Shown here in pieces: positions 59,875-64,000 of a stretch of DNA of 64,000 bases. Under the pieces are notes generated by a model, which made no database searches, was not told the DNA's origin, and saw nothing but the letters and a program-made list of their open reading frames with translations. The stretch comes from Candidatus Omnitrophota bacterium (GTDB lineage: Bacteria > Omnitrophota > Gorgyraeia > Gorgyraeales > Gorgyraeaceae): the NCBI GenBank assembly GCA_003485765.1, contig DNHS01000051.1, forward strand, positions 2,314 to 66,313. The letters run 5' to 3'. A program made the translations under genes and the position numbers. How positions within the stretch are numbered: position 1 is the stretch's first letter; every line of letters starts with the position of its first letter.

Positions 59875-60375
59875 CTATTTGTCGGTAGTATCTTGCTTAC
59901 CACAAGAGGAAGCTATATCACCACCTTTATGACGAGAAAACCATCCAGTGCCTTCGCTTATTATCAACGCTTCTACTCTGTCTACAAATAAACACTTCTT
60001 ATCTGGTGCATTCCTGTATTCACCACAGTCTGCGTTATACCAATGAAGCTCATGCCCTAACGCATCCCATGTAGCCCTATAGCTAAGCCAATTTCCATAG
60101 CAACGAAAAAGAGACAGAAGGCCGGCCGCAAGAGCTACTGTTGGTGAAAGAATCGATACTATAACCTTGCCTCCAAATGTAAATGAACCAATTTTTATAA
60201 GAGAATCTGGCAAAAGATTCAGAATTGGAGTAACCGCTACGGAGACTACCAGAATATATGCCGAATAAAACCTATACCAAAACCTGCTACGATTAGCCTT
60301 GTCATCATAATACTTCATTATTTTACTGTAGCGGTCATCCTTATAAACAACAAATTCTTGGTCTGTCATAATCAC
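59875..60375 (-). CDS. SLATT-family (DUF4231-like) two-TM effector protein.
   Basis: Two hydrophobic helices (YILVVSVAVTPILNLL and IVSILSPTVALAAGLLSLF) are followed by NWLSYRATWDALGHELHWY. This matches the DUF4231/SLATT signature (NW.rYR..aE.L..E...Y). Confidence 0.6.
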   Translation of the reverse strand: MIMTDQEFVVYKDDRYSKIMKYYDDKANRSRFWYRFYSAYILVVSVAVTPILNLLPDSLIKIGSFTFGGKVIVSILSPTVALAAGLLSLFRCYGNWLSYRATWDALGHELHWYNADCGEYRNAPDKKCLFVDRVEALIISEGTGWFSRHKGGDIASSCGKQDTTDK

Positions 60376-60388
60376 CTCATTTTAAGAC

Positions 60389-60787
60389 TTATTGAGTTAG
60401 CTCTTCCATCTTCTTAACAATGGCACTTATATTCCACGTTAATCTTGGGTGTCCGTCCAAGGGTGCAGGATAATACTTTGTCCGACCGTCACTATAAAGA
60501 TTCACCCCCATAATAGGCTTACCCAGCTCTAGAGCTTTATTCAATTCCCATTCCACCCACTTACTCTTAGAAGTAGCTGGCCCATAAAGGCAAATTACAA
60601 GACTTGAATATTTTATCTGGTTCGTGATACCTCTGGCGATATAGTCGGAATTATTACTATCGAAGGGTTCCTTTATCGAATAATCATCGAATTCCAAATC
60701 AAGGTCTTCATTCTTAGCCTGCCCTCGAAAAAGATTGACGAGATTCAAGTCTTCTTCAACGAAACTTAAGAAAGCGCGTATTGCCAT
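60389..60787 (-). CDS. TIR-like domain protein (DUF1863/ThsB-like).
   Basis: The N-terminus is IRAFLSFVEEDLNLVNLFRG. The central region is SLVICLYGPATSKSKWVEWELNKALELGKPIMGVNL. It matches the MTH538 TIR-like flavodoxin-fold pattern. Confidence 0.6.
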   Translation of the reverse strand: MAIRAFLSFVEEDLNLVNLFRGQAKNEDLDLEFDDYSIKEPFDSNNSDYIARGITNQIKYSSLVICLYGPATSKSKWVEWELNKALELGKPIMGVNLYSDGRTKYYPAPLDGHPRLTWNISAIVKKMEELTQ

Positions 60788-60992
60788 AGTAACCTCCTTA
60801 TCAGATCTTTATTTATCGTTAAGCCTCACGGCAAATTTTAGAGGGGGCCTCGAAGCCCCACTTAACATATACACTTTAAGATGTATGTGAAAAAGGAGAA
60901 ACTCCCTCTGGTAAACCACTATAATTATAACAGCTACTCACTAATACCTCAATAATGAAAGTATTTAGATTGCTGTCTATACAATGACTTTG

Positions 60993-61060
60993 GAAATCCC
61001 AAAAGGTAAAATCCTTAACTAACCTAAAAAGTCCTTTGCTAAGTCAAACTAAAGCCAAAG
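60993..61060. repeat. Direct repeat A (about 65 bp), paired with repeat B at 62398-62462.
   Basis: AATCCCAAAAGGTAAAATCCTTAAC...TAAAAAGTCCT...CTAAGTCAAACTAAAGCC is about 88% identical to repeat B. It ends 5 nt before the ImmA stop codon. Confidence 0.7.
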
Positions 61061-61064
61061 ACAA

Positions 61065-61571
61065 CTACACTATTTTCAATTTTAACAACCTAATCCAAAG
61101 AGCATCTTTACTAACCCTATATAATTTAGCCACCTCTTCTACATTTCTTGTTTTCTGAAAGTCTCTCTTTAACATAAACAAAGGCATAAGAAGCTCCCCG
61201 GCAAAATAATTTGCTTCTTGCTCTTGAACTTTATTATGTTCTGAATCCGAAGCGTCAAATCTACCTTCTGATATTTCAGACATATCTACAAAAATATCCT
61301 TATAATGTCCTAACAAATAGTGACCTATCTCATGAGCAATAGAAAATCTTTGCCTATTAGGATGATGAGCGTTATTAACTCCTACAACTAGCATGTCGGA
61401 TTCTTTCAGGAGTATAGCAGATACTTTCTCAGGAAACGGATACGGAAGAAGGTTTATTCCTACGTGGGAAAGAATTTTATTAAGGTCAACTGGTGGAATA
61501 TCGGTTTTTGTTTCGCTTATAAGTTTCTGCGCAATTTTTGTGGCGTGTGAATATCGCGGCTTGTCAATCAT
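61065..61571 (-). CDS. ImmA/IrrE-family zinc metallopeptidase (COG2856; CapP-like).
   Basis: The HEXXH motif is AHEIGHYLLGH. The N-terminal region is typical of ImmA. It overlaps the upstream HTH gene by 4 nt. Confidence 0.8.
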   Translation of the reverse strand: MIDKPRYSHATKIAQKLISETKTDIPPVDLNKILSHVGINLLPYPFPEKVSAILLKESDMLVVGVNNAHHPNRQRFSIAHEIGHYLLGHYKDIFVDMSEISEGRFDASDSEHNKVQEQEANYFAGELLMPLFMLKRDFQKTRNVEEVAKLYRVSKDALWIRLLKLKIV

Positions 61572-61933
61572 TTAGTCTTTCCAAACTTCTTCTTCGCGAG
61601 CTCAGTAAAATCAAGGATACTTTTCTCTGTCTCCTTGTCCAATTTATCATAATTCGCCCTTAGCTTTATGGCGAATTCCTTAGGTTCAATCTGTGCAGTA
61701 GCTGCTTTTGGAAGAAAATCTTCAACTGTTTTATTCAGCACCTTGGCAATTTTTATCAGATCATCTATACTTACCTTTCTCGCCCCACTTTCAAAATAAG
61801 AAATTGCGGTAGCGCTATCCTTACCAATTAGTTCTGCAAGCTGAACTTGAGATAGTCCCTTTTGAAGCCTGAACTCTAAGACTTTCCTCCCTATAAAACT
61901 ATTTATCTGCTGGTCAATGTTCTCGTTCGCCAA
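61568..61933 (-). CDS. XRE-family HTH regulator (ImmR/CapH-like).
   Basis: The HTH_3 domain is KVLEFRLQKGLSQVQLAELIGKDSATAISYFESG. It is translationally coupled to the ImmA-like gene. Confidence 0.8.
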   Translation of the reverse strand: MANENIDQQINSFIGRKVLEFRLQKGLSQVQLAELIGKDSATAISYFESGARKVSIDDLIKIAKVLNKTVEDFLPKAATAQIEPKEFAIKLRANYDKLDKETEKSILDFTELAKKKFGKTK

Positions 61934-62009
61934 TCGAATCCTCCTTCAATTTAATAAAATGTTACCATTAAATTAAGCACATGTCAACACTTATTATTAA
62001 AAGAAACAC

Positions 62010-62037
62010 TTGACATCACTTACCAAAATGGTATAAT
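62010..62037 (+). promoter_or_regulatory. Strong sigma70-type promoter (TTGACA-16-TATAAT), divergent from the XRE gene. It is overlapped by the inverted repeat ATGTCAA...TTGACAT.
   Basis: The sequence is CTTGACATCACTTACCAAAATGGTATAATTG. The dyad ATGTCAACAC...CACTTGACAT at 61981-62016 is a candidate operator. Confidence 0.5.
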
Positions 62038-62193
62038 TGTATCGCACAAAAAGCAAACCCGCAAAGGCCCTTGGTGGGAGCTCTACTAAGGTTTGCTAAT
62101 GTGTTTCTTACGATTGATTTGATTTTATAATAGGCCTTAAGGAAAGTCAATACAATTTCCTCCCTTCCCACAAAACAAGAAAGGAGGAAAGCT

Positions 62194-62319
62194 ATGTCTA
62201 AGCCAAAGGGATATAAAATCGGGCGAGATGCCGGTTCAGGTCAGTTTATTCCAGTAAAAGAAGCTCAAACACGAAAGTCAACAGCCGTAGTTGAGGTAAT
62301 GCCCCGGAAGAAAAAATAA
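62194..62319 (+). CDS. Small basic ORF (41 aa, MSKPKGYKIGRDAGSGQFIPVKEAQTRKSTAVVEVMPRKKK).
   Basis: A perfect RBS (AAGGAGGAAAGCT) precedes the ATG. It lies downstream of the strong promoter and is followed by an intrinsic terminator. It falls below the ORF-track size cutoff. Confidence 0.4.
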   Translation: MSKPKGYKIGRDAGSGQFIPVKEAQTRKSTAVVEVMPRKKK

Positions 62320-62349
62320 TAGCTGTTAAAGACAAAGGTGATAAGCAGT

Positions 62350-62384
62350 AAACCCTCTGGTTCGAAAGAGCCAGAGGGTTTTTA
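62350..62384 (+). terminator. Rho-independent terminator.
   Basis: A stem AAACCCTCTGG/CCAGAGGGTTT is followed by T5. Confidence 0.6.
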
Positions 62385-62397
62385 GTGTAACATATAT

Positions 62398-62462
62398 TAT
62401 AATCCAAAAGGTAAAATCCTTAACCTATCTAAAAAGTCCTATACTAAGTTAAACTAAAGCCT
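62398..62462. repeat. Direct repeat B (partner of repeat A).
   Basis: AATCCAAAAGGTAAAATCCTTAACC...TAAAAAGTCCT...CTAAGTTAAACTAAAGCC. It ends about 25 nt before the stop of the GmrSD-like gene. Confidence 0.7.
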
Positions 62463-62485
62463 TACATAGCTACTTAACAAAAGGT

Positions 62486-64000
62486 TTACTCATCGCCATT
62501 ATCGACGTGCTTCTTGAACGCTTGCCTCACTAAAGCCATAACATCATCCAATTGACTGGTAGAACTCAGATGAACCTCCACATCTCCATTACCCCATCTA
62601 CCCAAGTTGGTCACGTCCTTACATAAGTTTTTAGGGTCAATGACTTCGTCAAATCGCATATTAAGCGCAAGTCTCAAACGGCTTTTCTGCGGCACCACAT
62701 CAACGAAATTAGTCGTGGTCTTATAAGCAATGTATAGCTTTAACATTTCTTCTTTAACCGAAGAATCTAAATTAAGCACATGCTTACGAAACTGCTCAAA
62801 CAGCTCTCGCATTTCCCCGGTTAGATGGGGGTAGTTATCAATTGTGTAAGTTTGTTCCTGTAAAATTTCTCGCTTACGATATTTAGTTAACACATCCTCC
62901 GACAATACCGGATACCCCCAAACTTGGGTAACAATTCCTGCTAATACCTGTGCGCGTTTTTGTATCTCCGCCTCATTCCATATAGACAAACTGGCTAAAT
63001 CTCTGTTGAGTCGAATAGGACTATCGGCAAAACCGCCTTTCATATTTCTTTTCTCAAGAAATGATTTATCGGAAAGTTCTGGGTTATAACCTGTTAAAGT
63101 TAAGTTACCGAGTGTATGTAAATAACGAGACTGAATATCTTTCCAATGCTCACCTAAATCCTTTCTCCATTCCGCTGATAGGTTAGGATTTTGCGGCATA
63201 ATATGCTCTGTAGTGTATCCTTCAGTATCAACCATTTCTTTACGGTTGTAATTTTCAAGTTTAAATAGCAGGTAATTTTTACTTCTAAAATTATAGACAT
63301 CTTTCACACCAAGCTCACGAATGAATTCACTATCATCGGGGAATCGCCGGTAAGAATCCTTTAAAAGAAGGGTTGCCTTAAAGCTCTCAAGATAATTTGT
63401 TTTATCCAATTCTCTACTAAGCGTAGCAAAGGTTTTGTTCAATGAGTTAGTAGGTATGCCACAGATTGCTCGGCGGAAGACATAGCTCTCAATTGACTTA
63501 AGAATCTCTATGAGCTCATCACGACTTATGCGCTTCTTCTTATAATCATCATAAGCCTCTAATATAAAAGGGTAGGCTACGTCGACTTTTAAAATATTTA
63601 TGTCACTAAACAACTCTCTCAGCTCCTCATCTGATTCCTTTTCAAGAGCTGTATTAACAAAATGCTTTGCGTAAACATAAATGTCGCCCACAATATCTTT
63701 TATTGATATAGTCCTATGTTCCTTCACATAAGCTTTAAATTCCTCATATACCTCATTAATCTTCGGAATACTGCCCGTCTTTATTGTCAAATAATCTCTC
63801 ATAAAACGGTCGAACTGAGTAACGTAGTCGATTTGACCAAATCCCTGCTCCATCTGAAACCAGTAATCGTTATAAAGAGATTCTTGCTCCTTTGGTTCAA
63901 GCCCCATCAAAACATAATTCCTTATTAAATCAGCTTGGCTTAACTCAAGTCCCGTTGAATTCAGGCTTTCAAAGATAAGCTGTGGGTTATCGTGGTCTCG
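62486..64000 (-). CDS. GmrSD-like type IV restriction endonuclease (DUF262 + DUF1524). The 5' end runs off the window.
   Basis: The DUF1524 HNH-like motifs are TEHIMPQNP and LHTLGNLTLTGYN. The reading frame stays open to the window edge, encoding ...QLIFESLNSTGLELSQADLIRNY, which matches the end of DUF262. Confidence 0.8.
   Translation of the reverse strand, partial: RDHDNPQLIFESLNSTGLELSQADLIRNYVLMGLEPKEQESLYNDYWFQMEQGFGQIDYVTQFDRFMRDYLTIKTGSIPKINEVYEEFKAYVKEHRTISIKDIVGDIYVYAKHFVNTALEKESDEELRELFSDINILKVDVAYPFILEAYDDYKKKRISRDELIEILKSIESYVFRRAICGIPTNSLNKTFATLSRELDKTNYLESFKATLLLKDSYRRFPDDSEFIRELGVKDVYNFRSKNYLLFKLENYNRKEMVDTEGYTTEHIMPQNPNLSAEWRKDLGEHWKDIQSRYLHTLGNLTLTGYNPELSDKSFLEKRNMKGGFADSPIRLNRDLASLSIWNEAEIQKRAQVLAGIVTQVWGYPVLSEDVLTKYRKREILQEQTYTIDNYPHLTGEMRELFEQFRKHVLNLDSSVKEEMLKLYIAYKTTTNFVDVVPQKSRLRLALNMRFDEVIDPKNLCKDVTNLGRWGNGDVEVHLSSTSQLDDVMALVRQAFKKHVDNGDE

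Noticed and set aside
60848-60870. A GC-rich hairpin (GGGGCCTCGAAGCCCC) in the 5' leader of the TIR-like gene could be a terminator or attenuator.
   Set aside because: It has no U-tract and is a single isolated hairpin. It may be regulatory, but there is not enough evidence to call a feature.
1-64000. A CRISPR array, rRNA, tmRNA or RNase P RNA might be present.
   Set aside because: Scanning for regularly spaced direct repeats found only the 7-mer array in ispA and the two 65-bp direct repeats. No rRNA-like or long structured ncRNA regions were seen in any intergenic gap; the longest gaps are about 440 bp and are occupied by tRNAs.

Overview
This is an AT-rich bacterial window of about 35% GC, probably from an uncultivated anaerobe. 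The nrdR-glyA-rpiB-tsaC/LMW-PTP synteny is Firmicutes-like, and 2-oxoacid:ferredoxin oxidoreductase, RNase Y and YmdB are present. Almost all genes are on the minus strand. From 5' to 3' on the plus strand the content is as follows. (1) An RND efflux operon (TolC-like, membrane fusion protein, two tandem RND permeases; the first permease carries a C-terminal winged-HTH fusion), a ROK-family regulator and tRNA-Glu. (2) A plus-strand signalling operon: FIST sensor, GAF histidine kinase, and a REC-GGDEF response regulator whose active-site motif reads GGDDF. (3) tRNA-Leu, an acyl-CoA ligase, cspA, a large HTH-containing envelope protein and an SPFH protein. (4) A RiPP-like maturation cluster made of a radical-SAM/SPASM enzyme, a PqqD-like recognition element and an HprK-related kinase, with no annotated precursor peptide. 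(5) Housekeeping genes: gltX with tRNA-Gln, a four-subunit 2-oxoacid:ferredoxin oxidoreductase, dxs, ispA, xseAB, ymdB-like, rny, 5-formyl-THF cyclo-ligase, iscU, thiol-disulfide genes, polX, ppiD-like, nrdR, glyA, rpiB and a tsaC-LMW-PTP fusion. (6) A complete purine operon (purB, purC, purS-S-L, purQ, purM, purD, purE). A roughly 40-bp palindromic element (core TTGACA...AACAATGT...TGTCAA) sits upstream of purC, purSL and purE. The same element occurs upstream of dxs in an expanded composite form, and next to tRNA-Leu. (7) An integrase-bounded mobile/defence island from about 56.1 kb to the window end. It carries a tyrosine integrase, excisionase, an XRE regulator, an IS1-like fragment, a serine recombinase and a three-gene TIR-like/SLATT(2TM)/unknown cassette. 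That cassette lies directly downstream of an XRE-HTH + ImmA/IrrE metallopeptidase (CapH/CapP-like) regulatory pair. The island also carries a strong divergent promoter with a 41-aa basic ORF, two roughly 65-bp direct repeats bracketing the regulatory module, and a GmrSD-like type IV restriction enzyme truncated by the window edge. The TIR-SLATT cassette and the HprK/PqqD/rSAM cluster are the best candidates for undescribed systems. No CRISPR array and no rRNA were seen.
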